From Candidatus Thorarchaeota archaeon (GTDB taxonomy: Archaea > Asgardarchaeota > Thorarchaeia > Thorarchaeales > Thorarchaeaceae), in NCBI GenBank assembly GCA_038893995.1, contig JAWAQK010000002.1, positions 20,529 through 84,528 on the forward strand: a DNA stretch of 64,000 bases, read 5' to 3'. The notes under the pieces are model-generated. The model saw only the letters and a list, made by a program, of their open reading frames with translations, ran no database searches and was not told the DNA's origin. The number at the start of each line of letters is the position of its first letter. Position 1 is the first letter of the stretch. Positions 10,233 through 23,212 of the stretch are shown piece by piece. The position numbers and the translations under genes were made by a program.

Positions 10233-10331
10233 CCTTTCCCGATAGCTCACAGATTTCTCCAGTCTGAATCTCTTGATGCGACAACGTTCATCACTAATGT
10301 TATATTCAAGTACCATGGTCCTAGGCATGAT

Positions 10332-10437
10332 GCCGGGGTGTCCCAGCGGCTACGGAGGCGGTCTCGAAGCCATTCAGATGCGGCGATAGAACCGCTGTGC
10401 TTTGCACTCGTGGGTTCGAGTCCCATCCCCGGCGCCA
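10332..10437 (+). tRNA. tRNA-Ser(CGA), class II, with a 21-nt anticodon-loop intron
   Basis: Acceptor GCCGGGG/CCCCGGC plus G and an encoded CCA. Anticodon stem GCGGT/ACCGC, loop CTCGAA, then a 21-nt insert. Long variable arm GTGC-TTT-GCAC. T-arm GTGGG-TTCGAGT-CCCAT. Confidence 0.8.
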
Positions 10438-10470
10438 CCCGATTTCCATGGTATTGTCCACCTATTACAC

Positions 10471-10480
10471 TCTCTTTTCT
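10471..10480 (+). terminator. Oligo-T tract downstream of tRNA-Ser(CGA)
   Basis: TCTCTTTTCT about 35 nt after the tRNA 3' end; archaeal terminators are T-rich. Confidence 0.3.
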
Positions 10481-10512
10481 AGTATTGTGCAAAGCAATCT
10501 CATGGTGGCCTG

Positions 10513-10800
10513 ATGGACTCCATAGGGCAAATGGTCAAGATGGGTCTTAGAGAAAGAGGCATCATCTGTCACTCTGCCTATGTGATTCATGAGGAGTCGG
10601 GATCGATCATACTCCTCTCATTTCCCGCCAAGGAGGGCAATTCCCTTACTCCTGCACGTGTGGAACGTGCACTGAACGCGTTGGGACTGGGTGAATTCTC
10701 AGTGCATAGTGATTTTGCTAGGCTGAGCGCAGCTTTCCTACACCTAGAGGTGTCCATGGGTTCAAGGACAGAATCCGAAAGAGAGAGCAGTGCTCGCTAG
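10513..10800 (+). CDS. Hypothetical small protein (95 aa)
   Basis: The only ORF in 10440-11015 and it does not overlap a better gene; no recognisable motif. Confidence 0.25.
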   Translation: MDSIGQMVKMGLRERGIICHSAYVIHEESGSIILLSFPAKEGNSLTPARVERALNALGLGEFSVHSDFARLSAAFLHLEVSMGSRTESERESSAR

Positions 10801-11015
10801 GGACCGCATCAACACAGTCTTTCCTTGCGTTGGAGCATGTCTCTAGTTCCAACTAGAGAATCCGCCCTTGCTATCTCATACGGCGGCGACTGAGTATTGC
10901 TGACCTGTGTGGACGTCAATTGACAGATTGGACTCCAACCATAAGTGCCGGCTGCCTGAACAACTTTCATGACCTATGGGGTCCATTAGTGCAGTTTGCA
11001 TGACTGTGCTTTTGA

Positions 11016-11160
11016 TGGCGGGCGCGCCAGGATTTGAACCTGGGACATCTTGCTTGCTTCAAGTGACCGTAGAAGACCATTCAAGGATCACAGACCGAAG
11101 GCAAGCGCCCTATTGGCTCTTCGAGGACAATGTCCCGAATCCAAACTAGACTACGCGCCC
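11016..11160 (-). tRNA. tRNA-Arg(TCG), probable, with about 70 nt of insertions: about 25 nt next to the D-stem/position 26 and about 40 nt at 37/38
   Basis: Minus-strand acceptor GGGCGCG/CGCGCCC with G and an encoded CCA. Intact T-arm CCAGG-TTCAAAT-CCTGG. Anticodon stem CTTGC/GCAAG with loop CTTCGG interrupted by about 40 nt. A second insert lies between D-stem 3' strand GGAC and the anticodon stem. Confidence 0.55.
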
Positions 11161-11217
11161 ACACCTACTGAGCTTGGATGTTTACCATAAGTACTTTGTC
11201 CACCTACTCATACAACC

Positions 11218-11457
11218 TTACCTTAAGCCCAACTCCTTCTGCCATGCTTCAATGAAGTGTTCCAGAGATCTATCGTAGGAAGACTCCGCATCCTTGGGGA
11301 ACAGACAACCGGGCAACTCACGATGTGACCAGTGGTACTGCAGACAATCACAACAACGTCCCTTTCGTGCACAGCCAGGATAGCTGCAGGTACAGTGTTT
11401 CAGATTCTTTTCAATCTTGCATTCCGCCATGGACATCCCGATCCCATCACAAAACAA
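11218..11457 (-). CDS. Small cysteine-rich protein with a C..GCAxxGxCC.C motif (putative redox/metal-binding)
   Basis: 79 aa containing CTCSYPGCARKGRCCDCLQYH, which matches the C_GCAxxG_C_C-type signature. Confidence 0.45.
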   Translation of the reverse strand: MFCDGIGMSMAECKIEKNLKHCTCSYPGCARKGRCCDCLQYHWSHRELPGCLFPKDAESSYDRSLEHFIEAWQKELGLR

Positions 11458-11512
11458 GTGAAAGGACCTTAAAACAGATTAGGTAACACATGGTCCGGAA
11501 CTCAGCAAGCAC

Positions 11513-12277
11513 ATGACATGGGAAAGTCGGATTGAAAAAGAGAAAGGAGACCGCCAAGTCATCAGTCTGGACCAGATGCAGTCTCTCGAGAGGATCATTG
11601 TACAAGGTTTCAACAGGAAGAGGTTTGTGATTCGGCGCAGGTTCCGAAGCAGAAAGAACACCGTCCTGCACATAAGAGTGATGTCGGATAGTGGGCCCGA
11701 TGAAGATATTGTTGCAAAGTTGTTTGAGAAGAACACCCTCAGTGTTGAACGCGATGTCCTCCTGGGTTGCACGGAAGCGGGGATTCCTGTCCCCAGGTTG
11801 ATTGCTGCTGACAACGACGTGATACTGATGGAGTACGTCCCAGGTGCGAACATGGTGGACCTAATCAATTGCAGCTACGCGGAATCGATGATAGACGCGC
11901 TTGCAGAATGGTACCACAGGTTCCACCACTCAATGAAACGAAACAGGGGCGACTCAATCCTGAGGAATTTTATCTGGACGCACCGAGGAGTGGTTGGGGT
12001 CGACTTTGAGGAGTCAGCATCAGGGGAATGGATTGACGATATCGCAGGGATTGCTGCGAGTCTTCTCGATACAGATCCAGTATTCGACGTGCGCAAGAGG
12101 GCTTTGGCCTGGCGGTTACTTGACAGATACCTGGCATGTCTGCGGGAGTGCAGGACCCGCGAACTCGAAAGAGTGTTCGTTGAGAGAGTAGCAGACTGTC
12201 TGTCACAGACCGCGGGGAAACGCAACAGCGTCGATATCCACCTGCTCTCTGAACGAGTCAGACGGAGAGGATTCTGA
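11513..12277 (+). CDS. Atypical protein-kinase-like protein (RIO/Bud32/Kdo-kinase-like fold)
   Basis: 254 aa with a hinge-like VILMEYVPG, a catalytic-loop-like DSILRN (D-x4-N) and a DFG-like VGVDFEES. Confidence 0.45.
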   Translation: MTWESRIEKEKGDRQVISLDQMQSLERIIVQGFNRKRFVIRRRFRSRKNTVLHIRVMSDSGPDEDIVAKLFEKNTLSVERDVLLGCTEAGIPVPRLIAADNDVILMEYVPGANMVDLINCSYAESMIDALAEWYHRFHHSMKRNRGDSILRNFIWTHRGVVGVDFEESASGEWIDDIAGIAASLLDTDPVFDVRKRALAWRLLDRYLACLRECRTRELERVFVERVADCLSQTAGKRNSVDIHLLSERVRRRGF

Positions 12278-12372
12278 GACTTGGTGAAACTGAAAAGTCC
12301 AGTACCGCCGATATCACAGTGCCATTCGAGGCCCCGGGGATGGGGGGCCCCGAACTTGGCCATTTGCAGTCG

Positions 12373-13062
12373 CTACCTAGCTGAGCGAGCTACTCGTTCG
12401 CGTTCGTCCTTTCTAGAAACTGCAAAGCTCGCAAGATCTCCCTTGTAGGCCAGAAGCAACTCATCTGCAATGCATTCTTCGAAGGACTTTGCACTGTTGT
12501 GCGTGTTTCTTGATGCCCCTACTACCAGATATCTGAGGGCGATGTCGATTCTACGCTGAGGTCCTATGTCCACGGATCTCGGGTATGCCATACCCCCATA
12601 TGATATTCTGGTCGTTTCCTCGGCAGGAGCTGCGTTCTCGATTGCAGTCACAAGAACCTGAATTGGATTCATTCCAGTGCGGTACTCTATCATCTCAAAG
12701 GCTCTTTTCACGAGTCCTATGGCTCTCGCCTTCTTTCCTGCATTGCGGCCAGTCCGCGTCTTCTTCTCTCGTCTATTGCCTCCGCTTAGGAGCTTGTTCA
12801 CAAATCTCTCAACAATCGGCACCTGCGACTTGTGAAACTTGCGATTTGCATGTCGCCCCGATGTATGTGGTATCAGCATGGGCTTGAGCGAGATATAGCG
12901 TCTGAGACCGACATCTTGCACTTGAACATCATCGGTACTCCATCTTCCAAACAGCAGGAACTTTTCTGCACTGCTATCCCCTGAATGCTGAGTGTCTGTT
13001 TCAATCGGTTTCTCGCCATTCTCCTCTGTAGACTCAGGGGTTCTTCTCTCATCTTCCGTCAT
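12373..13062 (-). CDS. rps7: 30S ribosomal protein S7 (uS7) with an N-terminal extension
   Basis: 229 aa, LLFGRWSTDDVQVQDVGLRRYISL ... conserved S7 core; immediately downstream of S12. Confidence 0.85.
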   Translation of the reverse strand: MTEDERRTPESTEENGEKPIETDTQHSGDSSAEKFLLFGRWSTDDVQVQDVGLRRYISLKPMLIPHTSGRHANRKFHKSQVPIVERFVNKLLSGGNRREKKTRTGRNAGKKARAIGLVKRAFEMIEYRTGMNPIQVLVTAIENAAPAEETTRISYGGMAYPRSVDIGPQRRIDIALRYLVVGASRNTHNSAKSFEECIADELLLAYKGDLASFAVSRKDERERVARSAR

Positions 13063-13067
13063 TCAGA

Positions 13068-13520
13068 TCACCTGATCGGCTTCTCCTTCTTGCCATATAT
13101 GAGGGCTTCCAGAGACACGCCATTCACCTTACATACTCTCCATCTTACGCCGGGGAGATCTCCGTATGCCCCTCCGTAAGCTCCGCCAATGCCCTCGACT
13201 ACGACCTGGTCGTGCTCATCGATGAACTTGAGTCCACCGTCACCCGGTATGAATGCAGTCACTTGCTTACCATTCTTGGAGAGCTGCACTCTGACTGCCT
13301 TCCTTATGGCTGAATTTGGCTGCTTGGATTCGATACCGACCTTCTCAAGGACAATCCCGCGTGCCTGCGGTGCCCCTTCCAGGGGGTCAGTCCTCTTGGC
13401 GAGCTTGAGCACACGCCTCTTGTACTCAGCCTTCTTCCATCGGAATTTCTTGCGTCGGGACTTGAGTGGTCGGGCAGCAAACTCGCCGAGTGGGCTTTTC
13501 GAACGATTCAATTGACTCAT
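13068..13520 (-). CDS. rps12: 30S ribosomal protein S12 (uS12)
   Basis: 150 aa, [13 protein letters not shown] ... KVNGVSL, typical uS12. Confidence 0.9.
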   Translation of the reverse strand: MSQLNRSKSPLGEFAARPLKSRRKKFRWKKAEYKRRVLKLAKRTDPLEGAPQARGIVLEKVGIESKQPNSAIRKAVRVQLSKNGKQVTAFIPGDGGLKFIDEHDQVVVEGIGGAYGGAYGDLPGVRWRVCKVNGVSLEALIYGKKEKPIR

Positions 13521-13601
13521 CCCCGTTCATTGTTCTCAGTTACTTGCTAGGCAGTGCTCACCACTGGGCTTAACTTAAAAGTATTATGAAAAGGAGGACG
13601 A

Positions 13602-14039
13602 TCAATCTATCATAACACTATCAAGTCCAAAGTGCCTCTTGGCTAACCTTCGCGCACGCTCTACATTCCGTCCGTCCTTGCCTATTGCTATTCCACGATC
13701 CTCAGGCTTGACACTGACAGTCGCCACCAGGGCTCCACTTGCATTTTGACTTATTCTCACTCTCTCAACTCTCGCAGGTGCCAGCGCCCTCTTTACAAAC
13801 TCCTCGGCCGTGTCTGCGTGCTCGACAATATCAACGGTCTTGCCAAGCGCTTCCGATGCTGCACGGACATTTGATCCCCCTTTTCCCACTGCTCGGCCCA
13901 ACTGTTTCTCTCGAACTACAAATATCACTCTGTCCGTTTCATCGTCACGAATGACATCTATAGGAGATACGCCAGTTATCCTCTCGAATGTGGCAATAAG
14001 AGCCATATCTTCCATTGTCAGCTTGAAACTAGGCAACAC
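13602..14039 (-). CDS. nusA: Archaeal NusA-like transcription factor (two KH domains)
   Basis: 145 aa with GRAVGKGGSNVRAASE and GIAIGKDGRNVERARRLA KH motifs; positioned between L30e and S12 as in the conserved operon. Confidence 0.85.
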   Translation of the reverse strand: MLPSFKLTMEDMALIATFERITGVSPIDVIRDDETDRVIFVVREKQLGRAVGKGGSNVRAASEALGKTVDIVEHADTAEEFVKRALAPARVERVRISQNASGALVATVSVKPEDRGIAIGKDGRNVERARRLAKRHFGLDSVMID

Positions 14040-14046
14040 GTCCGCC

Positions 14047-14340
14047 TCATATCAAGTTCAGTATCTTTGAATCGCCAGGATCAATGATTGCAATAGCTGA
14101 AACCATGAATGGTTTTCCAATCAGTTCACCTAGCTCCCACGACGAGCCACTGTACTTGTAGACTGGAACGTTCGCAAGTCTTGCATATCTCTCGATATCA
14201 TTGCTCTCATTGCTGGGACAGTTACCTGAAACGATCACAAGTTTTGCGGTGCCGTTTCTAGTGGCTTGAATGGATGACCTTGTTCCAATATGGCACTTTC
14301 CCGTCCTTACTGCTATTGCTACAGATTGATTGAAACTCAT
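14047..14340 (-). CDS. rpl30e: 50S ribosomal protein L30e
   Basis: 97 aa, GKCHIGTRSSIQATRNGTAKLVIVSGNCP..., L30e/L7Ae fold. Confidence 0.85.
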   Translation of the reverse strand: MSFNQSVAIAVRTGKCHIGTRSSIQATRNGTAKLVIVSGNCPSNESNDIERYARLANVPVYKYSGSSWELGELIGKPFMVSAIAIIDPGDSKILNLI

Positions 14341-14426
14341 CTTGAGCCACCTATCGACTCCTTGTCTTGAACCCAGTCTGAACGTACTCCCGAGGCTCTG
14401 TTTTTAACAATTACGCCCCGTGTCTC

Positions 14427-18305
<3,879 letters not shown>

Positions 18306-18306
<1 letters not shown>

Positions 18307-21300
18307 TAGATCATCTCCTTCAATCTGAGTCTACAGGCGAGACCGAGTGACATCATCTCCTGGATCAGTAGCTTGAACGCATACGATACTACTACGCTGC
18401 TGACCTTCACACTCGGTCCACACACAGGGCAGTAGTACTGGTCCTTGTTTCGGTCGTATACTCCTATGAGCCCACATTGTTCACATACTAGCATGTTGCT
18501 CTTGTCTGACTCATCGAGGAGCCTTCCCTTCAACAGGATTGCTGCGCCATGACCTATCAGCACATCCCGTTCCATCTCACCGAAACGAAGACCTCCTTCT
18601 CTGGCTCTCCCTTCTGTGGGTTGCCTCGTAAGGATCTGCACTGGGCCCCTTGCACGAGCATGTATCTTGTCCGCAACCATGTGATGTAACCGTTGATAGT
18701 ATATCACGCCGATGAAGATGTCTGTCTTAAGCTTCTCTCCTGTGACTCCAGAGTACATGACTTCACGACCATTATACTGGAATCCATGGGACTGCAGGAC
18801 CCTGAATAGCTCATCCTCAGTAACTCCGCAGAAGGGAGTGGCGTCCTGCTGCTTTCCCTCCATGCACCCAGCCTTGCCGGCTATCATTTCCATTATCTGT
18901 CCTATCGTCATCCTGCTTGGAATTGCATGGGGGTTCATGATCAGATCTGGGACAACACCGTCCTCAGTGAATGGAACATCTTCCTGTGGCACGATGTACC
19001 CTATCACACCCTTCTGACCATGGCGTGATGCGAACTTGTCTCCGAGTTCTGGAATCCTGAGGTCCCTGACCTTCACTTTCACGAGCCTGTTACCGTCAAT
19101 GGTTTCGGTCAGTATGACCGTATCTATCACACCTGATTCCCCGTGACGGACCGCATTGGATGTCTCACGCCTATCAGGCAATGGGAACTCAAACTCTGAG
19201 TATTCCTCAAGGAATCTGGGAGGCGATGTCCTTCCTATCAGGACGTCACCTCCCTGAACTTCCACTTCGGTTTCGATGATGCCATCTTCACCAAGATTAC
19301 GATACGACTCAGATGCACGATACCCTCGGACGCTTCGCTCAGGTATCTCAAACTTGTCTTCTTGTCCACCCGGGTATTTTCGTTCCTCACTTTCGTATAC
19401 ACGGGCGAAGCTGCTTCTTCCTAGTCCTCTCTCGATAGAGGCCTTGTTCATTATCAAGGCATCTTCAATGTTGTATCCCTCGAACGATAGCACTGCGACA
19501 ACGAAGTTCTGACCCGCAGGTCTCTCTTCATATCCTATCGAGTCCATTGCACGAGTCTTGACAATGGGAACCTGTGGATAGTGAAAGAAATGCGACCTCG
19601 TGTCTGTTCTGAACTTGAAGTTTGAGGCAGGAACTCCGATTGACTGTTTCGCCATGCCCGCCATGTACACGTTTCTGGGGGATTGATTTCGTTCTGGAAA
19701 CGGTATGAGTGCGGCAGAGATCCCCAGAATAGTTGACGGAACTATCTCCAGATGAGTGGTATTCGGACCTATATTCTCTGGATACAATGCGATCAGAGTG
19801 TTCTCCTCTTCTTCTGCATCCAAGAACTCCACGATACCGTTTCGTAACAGATCTGAGAAACCCCAGGTTCCCTCCGTAATCATTCTGAGATGTTCGTCAG
19901 TCAGTCTGCTACGCCCATTTTCAACGACTATCAGTGGTCTTCTGACACGACCTGCATCGCAGTTTACTTGGACTTCATTCGTCTTCTTATAGTAGGCTAT
20001 GTTGACCTCCTGATCTATTTCGCCTGCTCTTCTTCGTTGACGAATGGTCTTGACAAGCACCTCCGGTGCTGGATGTACTCCTACTAGACGGCCGTTCAAG
20101 AACACGTCTGCTGATTTAGTAGTGCGTTTCCCTCTTATCCTCTCAATGGGCTCTACGTCTGCCTTGATCAGTGCTCTCTCAACCTCCTCCTCGGAGGTTC
20201 CTACTGAGATGTGAGCCATCATTGCGATGTTCTTGACTAGCCCACAGTTGGGCCCTTCGGGAGTTTCATTTGGACAGATCTTTCCCCAGTGTGTTGAGTG
20301 CAGGTCACGTGCCTCGAAATGTGGTTGCGACCGAGAAAGCGGAGAAACAACTCTTCTCAGATGCGACAGTGATGAGATGTAGTTTGTTCTATCAAGTAGC
20401 TGAGACACACCTGCCTTTCCACCGACCCAATTACCAGTTGCAAGTGCATGTTTCATCCTCTGGGTGATCACGTCAGCTCTGACAGCGGTTCTGATGTTGG
20501 GTTTTCTGCCTCTAACTGCGTTTCGCTCGAGCTGGTACTTGATGTCTCTGGTCAGCGAGTAGAGGGCCAGTCTAAAGAGTGACATCAAGAGGTCTCCGGA
20601 AAGCTTCAATCTCTTGTTTGCGTAGTGATCCTTGTCGTCTGGGTCTCGTTTGAGCAGAACTAGTTCGAGGAGTCGCTCGACCATCTGCCCAAGGTAATAT
20701 GCTTTTGCAAGATTGTGTTTCTCTTCTGTACCTATGTGTGGCAGAAAGTATCTCTCAAGGACCTTCTGTGCTCGCACAAGACGGTACTCCTTGGTTTGAC
20801 CGACTGCGACTCGTTTGCCTATGAAGTCGAGTGCATTCTCTCGTGTGGTACCCCCTTCGGCATCAGCCCCAGCATTTATTGGTGCTGCTTGTTCCATCGT
20901 CACAATGAGCTCATTTCGAATCTCCTCATCATCTGAGATGATATCGACAATCTCCTTGTCGGATTCAATACCGAGTGCCTTCATAAGGATCGCGAGCGGT
21001 ATCCTTCCTGGCACAGACGGAAAGACCACACGAAGTTCTCCAGTCCGCTTTCTTTCGATGGTGACTGGTGCCCTGAATCCCTTTGCTGTTGAAAACACCT
21101 TTGCAATATGGGTATAGCTTGAGCTCTTGCTTGCCTCCTCGATCAATACCCTATTGGGCGCCAGATCTTCTTGTGTGACTAGTACTCTCTCTGATCCGTT
21201 GATGATGAAATATCCTCCAGGATCCTTGGGGTCTTCTCCATGTTTGATCAGCTCCTCCGGTGACATGCCATATAGCAGACACTTCTCACTTCGTAGCATG

Positions 21301-21671
21301 ATTGGCAGGTCGCCAATGTACACCCTCTGAGTTTCCATCCTTGTAATATTGGCGCCTTCTTTTCTTACCGGCGTCATCTCCAAGTAAAGCTTGCTTGCAT
21401 AGGTCAGATTCCTGATGCGTGCTTCGTTGGGATAGAGTAGGTGCTCGCTACCGTCTGCCTCCCTCACGGTGGGAGCTTCTACGGTGATCTGGCCGAACTC
21501 CACGTAGTATCCCTCTACCTTCGGAGTCAATCTACCTATGCTATCCACGACTTCCTGGAGTCCGTACTTCACGAAACGGTTAAACGAGTCCAGATGTTGA
21601 CCCACGAGGCCTCTCTCTCTAAAGTAGGCCTCAATCACTGGCCAGTATTTTTGTCGCTCTTCCAGACCCAC
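18306..21671 (-). CDS. rpoB: DNA-directed RNA polymerase subunit B (unsplit)
   Basis: 1121 aa single ORF with a C-terminal zinc ribbon CEQCG...CPVCG. B'/B'' are fused, as in TACK, Thermococcales and Thermoplasmata. Confidence 0.93.
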
Positions 21672-21841
21672 CTTGCCATCACTACCTGACTACTCAGAGG
21701 ACGAAGTAATGTTACAGGTTCCCAAGTGTTCAACATCCTCAGTCTTTGGTCCCATTTGATGCCGACCAGCCACTGTAACAGCCGTCCGTTTTACGCTCTG
21801 CTCGGCCCGTATCTGCAGACCCAGGCATTGAACGTTATACA

Positions 21842-21972
21842 TGGCGGGCTCGGCGGGATTTGCTCCAATACCGAGACACGCTCGGTCCGATTGAACCCGC
21901 AACCCTCAGGTGTCTCTCTCGGTTTCCCTTGAGATAAAAGCCTGCTGCGCTGCCTGGTTGCGCCACGAGCCC
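21842..21972 (-). tRNA. tRNA-Lys(TTT) with two introns: about 23 nt at 37/38 and about 31 nt in the T-loop
   Basis: Acceptor GGGCTCG/CGAGCCC with G and an encoded CCA. D-arm GCGC-AACCAGGCA-GCGC. Anticodon stem GCAGG and loop CTTTTA, then an insert with a TCTC...GAGA hairpin. T-stem GCGGG/CCCGC flanks TTCAA[about 31 nt]AT. Confidence 0.6.
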
Positions 21973-22291
21973 ATGCGGTTCAATCCAGGCGCGATCTGTT
22001 CCTTGTTCGGTACCATCTGGAGTGATGACTCACCCGCTATTGTTCTGACTGGTCACACATGCCTGAGCGGCAGAACTGCCTAGCAACGGAACCGGTGCTG
22101 GAACTGATAAAAGGCTTTCGATGAATCACACATTTCATGACTATGTCATCTCGTCTTACAGTTGTCTGAACTATTCCTTGCGTATCCATTGTCTGATCCG
22201 TCTAGGAGTAGCCATCTGGCCGACAAACTTAATAGGCATTAGGAGTGGCCGTCAATGTGGAGTGCTAGGATACATCTCCGCGTATCGAAGT

Positions 22292-22427
22292 GCCCCTGTG
22301 GTGTAGTCCGGCTAGCATACTAGACTGTCACACTTGGTTGACAGGTGTCCCAAGGGCTAGTCTGGTAACCCGGGTTCAAATTGGGTTGTGGTAAGCACAT
22401 CCCATGAAGGTCCCGGCGGGGGCGCCA
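22292..22427 (+). tRNA. tRNA with two insertions: about 25 nt in the anticodon loop and 30 nt in the T-loop. Anticodon is tentatively CAC (Val)
   Basis: Acceptor GCCCCTG/CGGGGGC (one G-U pair) with G and an encoded CCA. T-stem CCGGG/CCCGG flanks TTCAAAT[30 nt]. Best anticodon arm is AGACT-GTCACA-[25 nt]-T-AGTCT. The D-loop is long and the variable loop would be 6 nt, so the isotype is uncertain. Confidence 0.45.
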
Positions 22428-22438
22428 TCTTCTTTTCG
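22428..22438 (+). terminator. Oligo-T tract after the tRNA
   Basis: TCTTCTTTTCG immediately after the CCA end. Confidence 0.35.
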
Positions 22439-22656
22439 TCCTCTCAGGCTTGTGAACATATGTGAGGGATTCGGTGTGCTTCTCTTCTGGCTATCTGGTG
22501 AGCTTTGGGGACGTTCCCTATTGGCTATATCACTCTCGGACAAGTTTTCCTCTGGCACCTATTCGACGTGTTTGCCATGCCAGTGTTGATCCTTGTTCTG
22601 TGCTGTATCTAGTCACAACGTTTATGTGGAGTTCAGTATCGTTCCTCCTTCGAAGC

Positions 22657-22793
22657 GCCGGGATTTCCTAGCCTGGACGACTCTATGTGTCGGGGCAATA
22701 TGGAGCCAGCCTGCTAAGTTGGTGTGCTTGCACGCGAGGGTTCAAATGGCATCTGCACAGGCCGGATGCCTGAAACTCCCTCTCCCGGCGCCA
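22657..22793 (+). tRNA. tRNA-Ser(GCT), class II, with two introns: about 23 nt in the D-loop and 30 nt in the T-loop
   Basis: Acceptor GCCGGGA/TCCCGGC with G and an encoded CCA. D-arm TCC-TAGCCTGGAC[insert]GGA-G parallels the Ser(CGA) gene. Anticodon arm CCAGC-CTGCTAA-GTTGG. Variable arm GTGC-TT-GCAC. T-stem GAGGG/CCCTC flanks TTCAAAT[30 nt, hairpin GGCATC/GATGCC]. Confidence 0.6.
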
Positions 22794-23195
22794 TGACTCC
22801 ATTGTCGGGCCATTCTCTGTTTCTGAGTGTGACGCTCACGAGTTCATATCTTGAGGTTGGATTCTGCTAGATCTCTTCTACCACGACTCTGTTGACGTGA
22901 TTCTAGGCATTGGCTGCTGAGGTCCCTACATCGCCGGAATCCCGATGCCATGACTTATTCAATCTAGTAAGATTGTACGATTAGGGTGTCGAGTATGGAG
23001 TCGAGAACATGATCTGTCCAACCCTGTGATGTGAGATGTACCAATCCTTCCGACTGAGTCAGAGGGTGTATCACTAGACCGTTCCCATTTGCCACGCAAA
23101 TTCAGTAGCGAGTGGGGTGATGCGGTTCCCGAAACCTGCTGCCTGTAACTGCTGCCATAGAACAGAAAAGAATCGGACTCGGGCCACTCGCCCGG

Positions 23196-23210
23196 TCCGA
23201 AGAAAAGACA
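23196..23210 (-). terminator. Oligo-T tract just after the tuf stop codon
   Basis: The minus strand reads GTGTGTCTTTTCTTCGG immediately 3' of the EF-1alpha stop. Confidence 0.35.
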
Positions 23211-23212
23211 CA

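Noticed and set aside
10191-10550. ORFs 10191-10550 (+) and 10247-10492 (-) of 119 and 81 aa
   Set aside because: They span the tRNA-Pro 3' half and the entire tRNA-Ser(CGA) gene. Their composition is unremarkable and they have no motifs, so the tRNA interpretation is far better supported.
11875-12363. 162-aa ORF antisense to the kinase-like gene, and many similar antisense ORFs inside rpoB, rpoA', mcm, polD and aglB
   Set aside because: Each is fully embedded in the opposite strand of a well-supported long conserved gene, which is typical of spurious ORFs in 50% GC DNA.
21690-21902. 70-aa minus-strand ORF directly upstream of rpoB as a candidate rpoH
   Set aside because: It has no resemblance to the RpoH/Rpb5 C-terminal domain (no HxLVPxHxxL...E pattern), and it overlaps the tRNA-Lys(TTT) gene region.
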